Below are positions 39,957-49,856 of a stretch of DNA of 64,000 nucleotides, one piece after another. This DNA comes from Nitrosopumilus sp. (GTDB lineage Archaea; Thermoproteota; Nitrososphaeria; Nitrososphaerales; Nitrosopumilaceae), in the NCBI GenBank assembly GCA_965205675.1, contig OZ242186.1:1152001-1216000 (forward strand), read 5' to 3'. The number at the start of each line of letters is the position of its first letter. Positions within the stretch are counted from its first letter, which is position 1. Both the position numbers and the translations under genes were made by a program. The notes under the pieces were generated by a model. The model was not told where the DNA came from. It searched no databases and was given only the letters and a program-made list of their open reading frames with translations.

Positions 39957-40361
39957 CTAAGGAGTAGAATAAATTACAGGAGGAACAGGTTCACCCAAAG
40001 GATGAATTTCAGTTTTTAACTGAACATGGCCAAATTCCTCATGATCAATTTCTAGAACTATTGGATGAGCTTTCCACCCATATTTTGGTTCAGTTGAAAA
40101 TGGAACAATCTCAATAAATTCAGAGCTAAAGAATGTTTTTTGAAAGGATTCATCCAGACCAAGAATTTCTAAGACAACATTAGAGGTTTTGCCAGAATTG
40201 TCAAGAAATGAAATTTCGACATGACCCGCATCATAGTAAACTGCGTCTACTTGAAATGTTTCTTTGAAAATATCATCATCAGATATTCCTTCAGTTAAAA
40301 ATACAATGGCTAAAACAGTAAACACTCCAAGAAATATTGGAGGACCTAGTCTTTTAGCCAT
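39957..40361 (-). CDS. Membrane-anchored hypothetical protein
   Basis: One N-terminal TM segment; overlaps the aminopeptidase stop. Confidence 0.75.
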   Translation of the reverse strand: MAKRLGPPIFLGVFTVLAIVFLTEGISDDDIFKETFQVDAVYYDAGHVEISFLDNSGKTSNVVLEILGLDESFQKTFFSSEFIEIVPFSTEPKYGWKAHPIVLEIDHEEFGHVQLKTEIHPLGEPVPPVIYSTP

Positions 40362-42855
40362 CTTTGAATTCTTTTCTCATTCGTCTAAGGAATTTTGAGT
40401 TTATTCTAATTCGTTCTAAAGTTTGGGATTGAGTACGTTCAGTACCAGGAGTAGGATTCTTTTTGAAAAAAGTTTTGATTTCTTTTTCCATAGAATCATC
40501 AGCTACAGAGGCAATACTTGCGACAATTCTATTGAAAAGAGGATTCCCATGTCCAACTTTTTTGTTTATGTTTTTCCAGTTTTTCTTAAGCCAAGACCAC
40601 AAGACTTTCTCACCGTATGGATTTGCAGCAACTTTCATAATAGGTAATTGCATATTTTGCGAACGAACATGAGGAGTTTGAGAGAAATCAAGGGATTTTA
40701 AAAGCAATTTTTTGTCTTTGAACCCACACAAGGCACTCAAGAATCTAAGTTTTTCTTCCATTGTTTTTGCATTCTTGTATAATTTTGTAAGTTCAGCATG
40801 TGTTTTTAAATTTCCATTCCATGCAGCAATTGAACATATTGGTTCAATTAAATCAGGAGAAAGGGTACGAGGATATTTTAAGAATTTTTTATATTTTCGT
40901 AACGCTTCTTCAGTAACTTCCTCATCATTCATTTTACCAAGTACTGAAATTGTAAATCCGCGTAGTAACGCATCAGTATGTTTGTTAGATTTTTGAGGTT
41001 CCCATCCTAAATTAGATAAAATTTTTCTAAAATAATTTATGGCATAACCACGAATTTCTTCTGCAAAAGGTTCATCAAATGTACGAAAATACAAAGAGGC
41101 CAAATTGTGTGCAACATTTACTGATGCAAGATAACTATCTTCATCAAAGTATGCATCTGAAAAGTCTAAATAATTTCTGACTTGTGCATCACCAGAAACA
41201 CAAAGAGAGAATAGATCGTTTTGTACAGCCCATCTATCAATTGCAGGAAAACGTTTTTCATCAACAAGCATTTTCAGATCAAGTAAAATGCCCTCATCAT
41301 ATTTTACACGATAGAAACCTTTTCTGCCATAATTGGCAACAAACCCCAGTGTGTTTTTTGGAAGTTTAATTGACATTGATTTTTTATTTAGTAATGTTTT
41401 AGAGATTTCAGATTCCATTCCCAAGGACAGGGGGATAGACCATAAACCTTTGTTGAATTTTTTATCAGATTCAAGCAAGTATCGTTTTTGTTTTAATTTC
41501 AGAGCATTCCCATCCTGACTGATTTCAACGAGAGGAAATCCGGGCTGTTTTAGCCATGTGTTAACCATAGAAGAAACAGGCATTTTTGATGCTCGACCAA
41601 TGGCATCCCACAAATCTTGCCCCTTTGCATTTCGATATTTAAAATCAGAGAGATATTTTTTCAGTCCTTTTTGAAAATTGGGTTCCCCAACATAATGTTC
41701 AAGCATTCTCAATATACAGCCGCCTTTATCATAAGAAATTGCATCAAAAATTTCCCTAATCTCAGCAGGGGAATTTACGGTAACATCAATAGGATGTGTT
41801 GTTTTAAGAGAGTCAAGCCCCATTGCCAGATTCATTGCATCATCAACGAATTGATTCCACAAGTCCCATTCAGGATAAAATTTGTCAACAAACTTGGTGG
41901 CCATAAAAGTTGCAAAGCTTTCATTAAGCCACAAATCATTCCACCATTTCATAGTAACTAGATTCCCAAACCACTGATGAGCAATTTCATGAGATATTAC
42001 TTCTGCGATAAATTGTTTAGTTCTAGTAGAAGAAGTTCTGGGATCATATAGCAGAATTGTTTCTCTGAAAGTTATCGCACCCCAGTTCTCCATTGCCCCT
42101 GCTGCAAAATCAGGTACAGCAATTAAATCTAATTTAGGTAAAGGATATTTTATTCCAAAATATTTTTCATATGAAGTAAGAAGTTTTTTTCCCAAATCTA
42201 ATGAGAATTTTCCTTTAGATTTGTTGCCTTTTGTAGTGATTACCCTAATCAGGATTTTCCCAACTTTGCCTACAAGATATTCAAATTCTCCAACTCCAAG
42301 ATAAATCAAATATGTTGATACGATGGGGGTTTTTAGAAAATTGTATAGTGTTTTACTACCAATTTCTTTCTTTGATTTAATTGGCATATTAGAAATCGCA
42401 GTAAATTTGTTATCTGCAATAATTGAAATATCAAATGTTGCCTTTGCTTCAGGTTCATCCCAACAAGGAAATGCCCGTCTGGCATCTGCTGCTTCAAATT
42501 GAGTGGTAGCCAAATATTTTATCTTACCATTTTGAATATATTGACTACGATAGAATCCAAGTAATCGATCATTCAAAATACCTTGAAATTCTAAATAAAT
42601 GGTAATTTTACCTCGGACTTTTTCAGATAATTTAATTGATAATTCCTCTTTTTTCTCATTAATTTTAGGAAAAGATTTGATAGATTTGCCTCCAGACTTT
42701 ACCTGACATGTAATTATTTTCAATTCGGCACAATTCATACAAATAAGATCTGTAGATTTTTTACAATCAGCATCAATAGTTTCGATTCCATTAAATGTGA
42801 ATTTTTTTAGATCGGGTTCAAAAATTAATTTGTAATTAATCGGATTTATAGTCAT
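40354..42855 (-). CDS. M1-family aminopeptidase
   Basis: GAMENWG and HEIAHQWFG..WLNES motifs. Confidence 0.97.
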   Translation of the reverse strand: MTINPINYKLIFEPDLKKFTFNGIETIDADCKKSTDLICMNCAELKIITCQVKSGGKSIKSFPKINEKKEELSIKLSEKVRGKITIYLEFQGILNDRLLGFYRSQYIQNGKIKYLATTQFEAADARRAFPCWDEPEAKATFDISIIADNKFTAISNMPIKSKKEIGSKTLYNFLKTPIVSTYLIYLGVGEFEYLVGKVGKILIRVITTKGNKSKGKFSLDLGKKLLTSYEKYFGIKYPLPKLDLIAVPDFAAGAMENWGAITFRETILLYDPRTSSTRTKQFIAEVISHEIAHQWFGNLVTMKWWNDLWLNESFATFMATKFVDKFYPEWDLWNQFVDDAMNLAMGLDSLKTTHPIDVTVNSPAEIREIFDAISYDKGGCILRMLEHYVGEPNFQKGLKKYLSDFKYRNAKGQDLWDAIGRASKMPVSSMVNTWLKQPGFPLVEISQDGNALKLKQKRYLLESDKKFNKGLWSIPLSLGMESEISKTLLNKKSMSIKLPKNTLGFVANYGRKGFYRVKYDEGILLDLKMLVDEKRFPAIDRWAVQNDLFSLCVSGDAQVRNYLDFSDAYFDEDSYLASVNVAHNLASLYFRTFDEPFAEEIRGYAINYFRKILSNLGWEPQKSNKHTDALLRGFTISVLGKMNDEEVTEEALRKYKKFLKYPRTLSPDLIEPICSIAAWNGNLKTHAELTKLYKNAKTMEEKLRFLSALCGFKDKKLLLKSLDFSQTPHVRSQNMQLPIMKVAANPYGEKVLWSWLKKNWKNINKKVGHGNPLFNRIVASIASVADDSMEKEIKTFFKKNPTPGTERTQSQTLERIRINSKFLRRMRKEFKDG

Positions 42856-42923
42856 ATTTCTTGTGTTTTGGTTACACTTTAAGTAGATTTTCTATTTGAG
42901 ATTGAATTCTAGATCAAAAATTC

Positions 42924-43823
42924 TTAATTTATTGATTGTTCTGCTTTTAATCCCTTGTAACGATTTCGTATTGTTACTTCAGTAACCCCTGCAGCTTCTG
43001 CAAGGTCTCTTTGGGTTATAGATACACCATTTTTTACGCATGAGAGGTATAATGCAGTTGCTGCCAGTCCCATAGGATCTTTTCCTGCAGATTCTTTACG
43101 TTCTTGTGCTTCTTTGAGTACTTTGACAGCATATCGTTTTGTTTTTTCAGAAATCTCAAGTTTGCTGGAAATTCTTGCAATACATTGAATGGAATCAACT
43201 ACAGGCATTTTTAGTTCTAATTCATGATGTAATAATCTATAGCAGCGTGCAATATCTTTACGCTTTACATTTGCAGCATCGGCAACATCTTTGAGAGTTC
43301 GAGGGGTTTCGGTATCTCTACATGCAGCATAAAGAGAAGCTGCAATCATCGCAGAAATAGATCTTCCGCGAACTAATTTTTTCTCTAATGCTTTTCTGTA
43401 AATGTAAGCTGCTTTTTCTAAAACATTTGCAGGGATTGCAACTTTGTCTTTTAATTTATTTAAATCACTTAGAGCTTGTCTCAGATTTCTGTCAACGGGG
43501 GCATGTACTTGACTTCGACTATCCCAAGTTCGTAATCGCTCAATAGTACTTTTCATAGAAGTGGAGAGAGGTTTTCCAGATGCATCTTTGTTCAAAGGGT
43601 TAATTACAGTAGATAGCCCCATGTCATGTATCATAAGTGATGAAGGAGCACCAGTTCTTGCAGGATCTGCACCACCATCTTTTTGGAAGGATCTCCATTC
43701 AGGACCAGACTCTTGGGATTTTTCAGTAATTACATATCCACACTTGCCACAAAATTGTTCACCGGTAACTTCATCAGTTAGAAGAGAATTTTTTCCACAA
43801 CGTGCACAAACAGGATTATCCAT
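42924..43823 (-). CDS. tfb: Transcription initiation factor IIB
   Basis: Zn ribbon, GPEWRSF, two cyclin repeats and VTEVTIRNRY. Confidence 0.97.
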   Translation of the reverse strand: MDNPVCARCGKNSLLTDEVTGEQFCGKCGYVITEKSQESGPEWRSFQKDGGADPARTGAPSSLMIHDMGLSTVINPLNKDASGKPLSTSMKSTIERLRTWDSRSQVHAPVDRNLRQALSDLNKLKDKVAIPANVLEKAAYIYRKALEKKLVRGRSISAMIAASLYAACRDTETPRTLKDVADAANVKRKDIARCYRLLHHELELKMPVVDSIQCIARISSKLEISEKTKRYAVKVLKEAQERKESAGKDPMGLAATALYLSCVKNGVSITQRDLAEAAGVTEVTIRNRYKGLKAEQSIN

Positions 43824-43953
43824 CAGTGTGGCACTCCAGTATTTTGATTAATAGTATTACAAATAGTAATATATTTTGACATAATTTAGACGTAATTCTC
43901 ATCTATAAGAAGGGTGAGTATATTCATAAAACGAGTGTGAAATATTTTTCAAG

Positions 43954-44217
43954 TCATGTCATAACGGTGACTACAGGTTCAGACATACCGCCATAACCAG
44001 AATCAATAGTTTGTTTAGGATTCAAGGTAGTATCATGATGACATGCTTTGTTACATACAGGACAAAATTTTCTATCAAGTACTATACATTGACAGATATG
44101 ATTTTTTACATATGCTTGAGCAGCTTGGTTCCATTCACCAGTCCCATTGCAATAAACACAGATATTGGTAGAAGAAGATCCTTCACCCTTACAAAAATCA
44201 CAAACATCTTCAGTCAT
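43954..44217 (-). CDS. Small Cys-rich protein with DnaJ-type CxxCxGxG repeats
   Basis: CDFCKGEG and CVYCNGTG, plus HICQC..CPVC..CHH. Confidence 0.8.
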   Translation of the reverse strand: MTEDVCDFCKGEGSSSTNICVYCNGTGEWNQAAQAYVKNHICQCIVLDRKFCPVCNKACHHDTTLNPKQTIDSGYGGMSEPVVTVMT

Positions 44218-44318
44218 ATCTTAATGTGACTGTTAGGGTTTGAATCAATATATTTGAAGAGGTAAACTAGTGTAAATCAAATAAAGCTTTTAAAATATCC
44301 TAAAATACCACCATAATC

Positions 44319-44741
44319 ATGAAACAAAAAGTAGCATCGCGGAATATCCGAATTCTAGTTGCTAAATTGGGGTTAGACGGCCATGACAGAGGAGCCCTTG
44401 TATTATGTAGAGCATTCAGAGATGCAGGCATGGAAGTAATCTATTCAGGACTTTTTGCCACCCCAAATAGAATTGCACAGATTGCAGAAGACGAAGACGT
44501 AGATGCAATCGCAATGAGTTTACTAAACGGGGCTCACGGAACACTATTTCCAAGAGTGGTCAAGACTCTAAAAAAGAAAGGGATCAGAGATGTTTTGATA
44601 GTGGGAGGCGGAGTAATACCAGAAGTCGATCATAAAGATCTGATGAGATCAGGAGTAGACCACGTATTTGGTCCAGGTACCCCACTGCCAACAATTATTG
44701 ATCACATCAGTGTAGGCGTTTCTAGATTAAGGAAAATATAA
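44319..44741 (+). CDS. Methylmalonyl-CoA mutase small (B12-binding) subunit
   Basis: KLGLDGHDRGA (DxHxxG) and GGGVIP motifs. Confidence 0.96.
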   Translation: MKQKVASRNIRILVAKLGLDGHDRGALVLCRAFRDAGMEVIYSGLFATPNRIAQIAEDEDVDAIAMSLLNGAHGTLFPRVVKTLKKKGIRDVLIVGGGVIPEVDHKDLMRSGVDHVFGPGTPLPTIIDHISVGVSRLRKI

Positions 44742-44918
44742 GAAAAGACACAGACTGTTGAGGTACTTTGAGTAGTTAAGGCGTTGTGCAGTGTGTTCCT
44801 AGAAATAATAATTGGTACCTATAGGATACACATACCTCACAACACTATAGACAATATACGATCCAAAAACACACCACCAAAGATTTATTTTATAAATTTT
44901 TATGGTTTATGAATAACC

Positions 44919-45818
44919 TTGAGGTTGAATCGATTAGTTTGTGGGGATAACGCTGATGTATTATCAAAACTTGATGATGCAGTAGTAGATATCACCATTA
45001 CTTCTCCACCATATAGGAATGCTATTGATTATAGTATGCATGCAGAACATGGGAATGATCCAAAGAAAAATTATCGTGGAAAATTATCAATTTCAGTTCT
45101 CGATTATATCAAAGACATGGCTCAAATTTTCAAAAAAGTACACAGAGTTACCAGAGAAGGAGGATATTGTTGCATTGTTATTGGAAATGAGATTAACAAA
45201 GGAACTCTCGAACCCCTACCGGCTTTGCTGGTCTCAAAACTTTACGAACAAGGATGGTTTCTTCATGAGGAAATTGTTTGGCATAAGGTGACTGGAGGAG
45301 CTAACAGGGCAGGAAGTTTTGTTCAACATCCATATCCCTCATATTTTAGAGCAAACATCATGCACGAAGTGATTCTAGTTATGAGAAAAGGAAAAAATCA
45401 ATTAAGAAAAATGGAATATGCATTTACAAATATCAATCAGGATATAACTTGGAAAGAAATTGTAAATTCTGTTTGGCATATTGCACCTGTTCCTCCGGGA
45501 TTTTTAGAACATCCATGTCCATATCCTGAAGAAATTCCTTATAGACTGCTGAATCTTTATTCAAATGAGGGGGACGTAGTTTTAGACCCATTTAATGGCG
45601 CAGGACAGACTACTAAAGTTGCAAGATATCTTAAAAGAAAATACTTTGGAATTGATATTCAAAAAACATATGTTGATTATGCAAAATCTAGATTAAAAGA
45701 AGAGCCACACATAAGAGATGAATCACTTACACTAGAATTTGAACGAGAAGGCGGGTCAATACCCAAATGGAAAAAACTCCCAACCAAAAAGATTTCATCA
45801 ATTAACGATTACAAGTAA
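44919..45818 (+). CDS. DNA amino-methyltransferase, beta class (probably N4-cytosine)
   Basis: TSPPY motif IV precedes HPCPYP and DPFNGAGQT motif I. Confidence 0.92.
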   Translation: MRLNRLVCGDNADVLSKLDDAVVDITITSPPYRNAIDYSMHAEHGNDPKKNYRGKLSISVLDYIKDMAQIFKKVHRVTREGGYCCIVIGNEINKGTLEPLPALLVSKLYEQGWFLHEEIVWHKVTGGANRAGSFVQHPYPSYFRANIMHEVILVMRKGKNQLRKMEYAFTNINQDITWKEIVNSVWHIAPVPPGFLEHPCPYPEEIPYRLLNLYSNEGDVVLDPFNGAGQTTKVARYLKRKYFGIDIQKTYVDYAKSRLKEEPHIRDESLTLEFEREGGSIPKWKKLPTKKISSINDYK

Positions 45819-45933
45819 CATTTGGGTAAATGTGATACTTTTAGGTTATCTAAAGGGGATATAGAGATTAGGTACAAAACAAGATTAATGTTAATCAATG
45901 AAAATAGAGAAGAGGTATGAATTAAAAGATATT

Positions 45934-46584
45934 TTAAATGAATATGTCGGTTTTTTTCTCAACAATTTGTTGTTTTAATGAATCTGGAACATCTGGAATT
46001 GACGATTTTGTTTGTCCTGCAATTACACTGTGTGCCTCTTCCAGAATTGCCAATGTATCAGCATTAGTTTCAGGAGCCATACTCATGCTATCCCCAACAC
46101 CAACAGATGAGCCAGACATAACATCTCCCAATATTTCTGATAAATCTTGCATTGATGCATTTGCTTCAGGCATAATTCCATTTAGTGATGGACTTAATCC
46201 TTTAATGATAGACATGCATGGACTAAGCGTTACTACAACATCTCCCAATTCTGAAACAGTGTCTAGTCTAAGTTTAACTTGTTCCATAGATAATTTTGCC
46301 CCACCAACCATGTTTTTCATTTTTCTAACTTGAGTTAGTTCTCCTGCATATGCTTGAGCATATCCTACTTTGTTATGTCTTTGAGCATTAACAATTTTTT
46401 CAAATATAACATCATGTTTTTTTTGTAATTTTTCATTTATTCCGTCTAGTTTTGAAATTTGGAATTGTAATTTTTTTTGTGCAAAATCAATCTTATTTTT
46501 TAATGGTTCACTCGGCTTTACTTTTCCCATTACTTTCTGGGATATACTTTCTCCTTCTGTTTTATTCCAAGAGTTACTGATCAT
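45934..46584 (-). CDS. cdvB: ESCRT-III (Snf7) CdvB paralog
   Basis: PLKNKI, AQAYAGELTQVRK, LRLDTVSELGDVVVTLSP and ILEEA motifs; likely start ATG 46584. Confidence 0.88.
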   Translation of the reverse strand: MISNSWNKTEGESISQKVMGKVKPSEPLKNKIDFAQKKLQFQISKLDGINEKLQKKHDVIFEKIVNAQRHNKVGYAQAYAGELTQVRKMKNMVGGAKLSMEQVKLRLDTVSELGDVVVTLSPCMSIIKGLSPSLNGIMPEANASMQDLSEILGDVMSGSSVGVGDSMSMAPETNADTLAILEEAHSVIAGQTKSSIPDVPDSLKQQIVEKKTDIFI

Positions 46585-46675
46585 TCTTAAATTCCTAAAT
46601 ATGCTTGGTTTTTTTGTTTTAAACAGATTTGTCACTCTAGGTAGTGTCACTGGAGTTACACTATGTACAGTTACA

Positions 46676-47785
46676 CTATCCAAAGGTGAATGTGAATATC
46701 TGAAAGCCTTTACCCTTGACGTTAATTTCCATCAAATGAGACGAACTAGTGTTACTGTTAACTATATTGTATAGTCCTGGTTCGTTTACTTGTAATACAT
46801 TGTTATCTGTAATGTCTATTCCAAAATACTCTGATGGTAGTGGTTCTCCATCTAAAAGTATCTCCAATTCGGCATTATTTTCAGTTACAATGTTTACTTC
46901 TTTAGCATTATACGATAGTTTGATAGTTCCTGTTTCTGATACTAGCTCCATACTGCCATCATAATTCGTCCAATCCCCTATCGGATAGAATTTATGCAAG
47001 TCTATCTTGCTTGGTTCTGCATATGAAACTGTTTGCCCAGGTCTGAATCCTTCATCACTTCCCAAGTGATTTCTATTTTGTGCAAACTTGTATCCAAAAT
47101 ACAATTCAGGAGTTCTAAACAGCGAATGTTGAAATTCTTCAATATCTACAAGTGATGAGGCGGATGCCATTTCTATTCCTAATGCCTTAGATCTTTCTTC
47201 TAATAGTTTTTGAATTACTTTTTCTGTTTCTTGATATCCTCCTTCTCCAATATGATCATATCTGATAAATCCTTCATGGTCTGCAATGTATTTTCTTGGC
47301 CAATATCTATTTTCAAAAGCCTTCCATGTTTCCATCTCATTGTCTAGGACTACTGGATAATCTATTCCGTGTTTTTCAATTGCAAGACTTACATTTTCAG
47401 GTTCTTTTTCAAATTCAAATTCTGGTGAATGAATACCGATAATCAACAATCCTTGCTCCGAATATTTGTCATCCCATGCTGTAATGTATGGTAACGTTCG
47501 AATGCAATTGATACAACTGTATGTCCAAATGTCATACAAAATTACTTTGTCTTTCATTTCTTTTTCTAACTCTTCAGGCGTAGTGTTTAGATAACTTGCA
47601 ATTCCTCTAAGATTAGGGGCTTGCTTAAATCCGGATTTATCTATTTTTGACATCTCTCCTGTGTCTGTAAAAACAGTAGTTGATTGCACTCCTTGATCTA
47701 ATGTTGAAAATACAGCTCCTATGACTCCTAATCCTATGGCAATCACAACACCTAAAATTAAACCGGTTTTGATTTCTGAATTCAT
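46676..47785 (-). CDS. Membrane-anchored redoxin (DipZ C-terminal-like)
   Basis: DIWTYSCINC, HSPEFEFE, NRYWP and TPELYFG motifs. Confidence 0.9.
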   Translation of the reverse strand: MNSEIKTGLILGVVIAIGLGVIGAVFSTLDQGVQSTTVFTDTGEMSKIDKSGFKQAPNLRGIASYLNTTPEELEKEMKDKVILYDIWTYSCINCIRTLPYITAWDDKYSEQGLLIIGIHSPEFEFEKEPENVSLAIEKHGIDYPVVLDNEMETWKAFENRYWPRKYIADHEGFIRYDHIGEGGYQETEKVIQKLLEERSKALGIEMASASSLVDIEEFQHSLFRTPELYFGYKFAQNRNHLGSDEGFRPGQTVSYAEPSKIDLHKFYPIGDWTNYDGSMELVSETGTIKLSYNAKEVNIVTENNAELEILLDGEPLPSEYFGIDITDNNVLQVNEPGLYNIVNSNTSSSHLMEINVKGKGFQIFTFTFG

Positions 47786-47792
47786 CACATCA

Positions 47793-48524
47793 TCATCCCA
47801 GTAATACCAATTCATTAAGAAGTGGGAAATTTGCAATATATGCAAGCTGATTAGTGAACACTAGCACTCCCAAGATAATAATGAACGCTCCTAAGATCAC
47901 GTTATAATATTTTAGATGCTTTGTCATCGAACGAATTATTTTTGTAGCTCTGGAGAAAAAGACACCCATCAAAATGAATGGAATTCCCAACCCGAACGAA
48001 TATGCCAACAATAAACTAAATGAAATTGATGGAGTTGTAGCAGCTAATGTGAGAATTGTACCCAAGATTGGGCCTACACATGGTGTCCATCCTGCTGCAA
48101 ATGCTAAGCCAAATACAAATGACATTGGATAACTTGATTTTGAATTTTTAGGGAAGAATTTTTTTTCTACATTTAATGCACGGATTTTTGTAGATAACAA
48201 TAAAAATATTCCAAAGGATATGATTATAATTCCTCCTACAATGTTTAGACTTTCTGTAAGATCACTTGCCGCATTGGAAAGTACACTATTGATTAAAACT
48301 CCTAATGTGGAAAATACTATTGAGAATCCTAATACAAAAAATACTGTGTTAAACACAATGTTTAATCTGTTAATTGATAAAACGGTCCCATTTTTAGAAC
48401 CTAATTCAGTTACTGTAGTTCCTGATATATATGCAAGAAACGCCGGAATCATTGGCAAAATACATGGTGCGACAAAGGATCCTAGACCTGCAAGAAGTGC
48501 GACTAGAATTGTTGGATCCGCCAT
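47793..48524 (-). CDS. ccdA: Cytochrome c biogenesis protein CcdA
   Basis: SFVAPCILP and GWTPCVGPIL motifs. Confidence 0.93.
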   Translation of the reverse strand: MADPTILVALLAGLGSFVAPCILPMIPAFLAYISGTTVTELGSKNGTVLSINRLNIVFNTVFFVLGFSIVFSTLGVLINSVLSNAASDLTESLNIVGGIIIISFGIFLLLSTKIRALNVEKKFFPKNSKSSYPMSFVFGLAFAAGWTPCVGPILGTILTLAATTPSISFSLLLAYSFGLGIPFILMGVFFSRATKIIRSMTKHLKYYNVILGAFIIILGVLVFTNQLAYIANFPLLNELVLLG

Positions 48525-48621
48525 GAGTTAAATTTACGCATTTTTCTTTTAAAGCCTTCTTCCAATTCTTACCCCATTCGAATTTCCAACCCTTTTTAAC
48601 TGGAGGATCGATGATTTTGAT

Positions 48622-48726
48622 ATGAATAATCGATTCATTATTGTTGGAATAGCTTTAGGTATTATAGTTGCCTTTGCGGTAGTTATTGGTTCGCCTGCAA
48701 TTGGTGGCTTTGATGCAATGCGCTAA
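48622..48726 (+). CDS. 34-aa single-TM microprotein
   Basis: Manual translation MNNRFIIVGIALGIIVAFAVVIGSPAIGGFDAMR*; TTTTAA about 23 nt upstream. Confidence 0.6.
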   Translation: MNNRFIIVGIALGIIVAFAVVIGSPAIGGFDAMR

Positions 48727-49856
48727 TCGTAAAATTTCCCATATGCTTTATCAAAAATTTCAAGAGTTTTTTCTATTTCTGTACTTGATAACCATGCAGT
48801 AACTGAAATTCTCAACCTTGCTTGATTTTTTGGAACTGTTGGGTATCTGATGGGTTGAGCAAACACACCATTATCCATCAAAAATCTTCCAAATGCCATT
48901 GTCTTTTTTTCATCTTTAACTATAATCGGTATAATATGCGTGTTAGAATTTATTTCATAGCCTATTTGGTTGAGTCCTTTTACAAGTTTTTTTGTATTTC
49001 TTTCAAGTTTTATTCTTTGTTTTTCTCTATTTGATTGAATTCGTTTTAGTGAATATTCCACTAAAAAAGACGGCAATGCCGAAGTATAGATAAATGATTT
49101 CGATTTATTGATACATAAATCAATTACATTGTTATGTGATGCAACATATCCTCCAAATGATCCTAAACCTTTACTCAAACTACTTATGTACAAATCAATT
49201 TTTTTTGTAACGTTACAATAACTTGGCGTGCCTTTTCCATCTTTACTTATTACAAAGTCTCCATGGGCATCATCTACTATTGTAATTGCATTTGATTTGT
49301 TTGAAATTTCTGTAATTTGTTTTAATGGCGATAAATCCCCATCCATACTAAAAATCCCTTCAGTGATGATGAATTTGTTTTTTCCTTTTTGTTTTATTTT
49401 TTTATTTAAATCATCTACATCATTATGTTTGTAGATGGAAATTTTGGCACCGGTCAACTTACAAGATTCAATTATGCTTGCATGGTTTAATGCATCACTA
49501 AGAATCAAATCCCCTTTTTTTGCAATAGCTGAAATTGCTCCCAAATTTGCCATGTAACCTGTCGGATATATCAAACTATTTTGATATGATTTATGTTTCG
49601 CAAGTAATTTTTCTAATTTTTTGTATGTTTCATCATTTCCAGAAACTAATCTGGAACTTGATTGTAGTTGTTTGATTTGAATTTTAGATGCAGGTATTCC
49701 TAAATAGTCATTTGAAGATAAATTAACAAGTTCTTTGTTGTTGATGGCAATTTTAGACCCTTTAACTATCTCATATTGCAGTTTTCTATACAAATTATTT
49801 TTTTTAAAACTCTCTAACTCCAAATCAACAAAATTTAGTTTATGTTTTGAGGCCAA
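48723..49856 (-). CDS. bioF: 8-amino-7-oxononanoate synthase
   Basis: SSNDYLG, NHASII, FSMDGD, DDAHG and SLSKGLG motifs. Confidence 0.94.
   Translation of the reverse strand: MASKHKLNFVDLELESFKKNNLYRKLQYEIVKGSKIAINNKELVNLSSNDYLGIPASKIQIKQLQSSSRLVSGNDETYKKLEKLLAKHKSYQNSLIYPTGYMANLGAISAIAKKGDLILSDALNHASIIESCKLTGAKISIYKHNDVDDLNKKIKQKGKNKFIITEGIFSMDGDLSPLKQITEISNKSNAITIVDDAHGDFVISKDGKGTPSYCNVTKKIDLYISSLSKGLGSFGGYVASHNNVIDLCINKSKSFIYTSALPSFLVEYSLKRIQSNREKQRIKLERNTKKLVKGLNQIGYEINSNTHIIPIIVKDEKKTMAFGRFLMDNGVFAQPIRYPTVPKNQARLRISVTAWLSSTEIEKTLEIFDKAYGKFYD

Noticed and set aside
37388-44741. Methylmalonyl-CoA mutase split into separated subunits on opposite strands
   Set aside because: A split mutase is the normal arrangement in thaumarchaeal 3HP/4HB cycles; not novel.
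45934-46584. Eukaryote-like ESCRT-III gene as a novelty
   Set aside because: Multiple dispersed CdvB paralogs are established in Nitrosopumilus.
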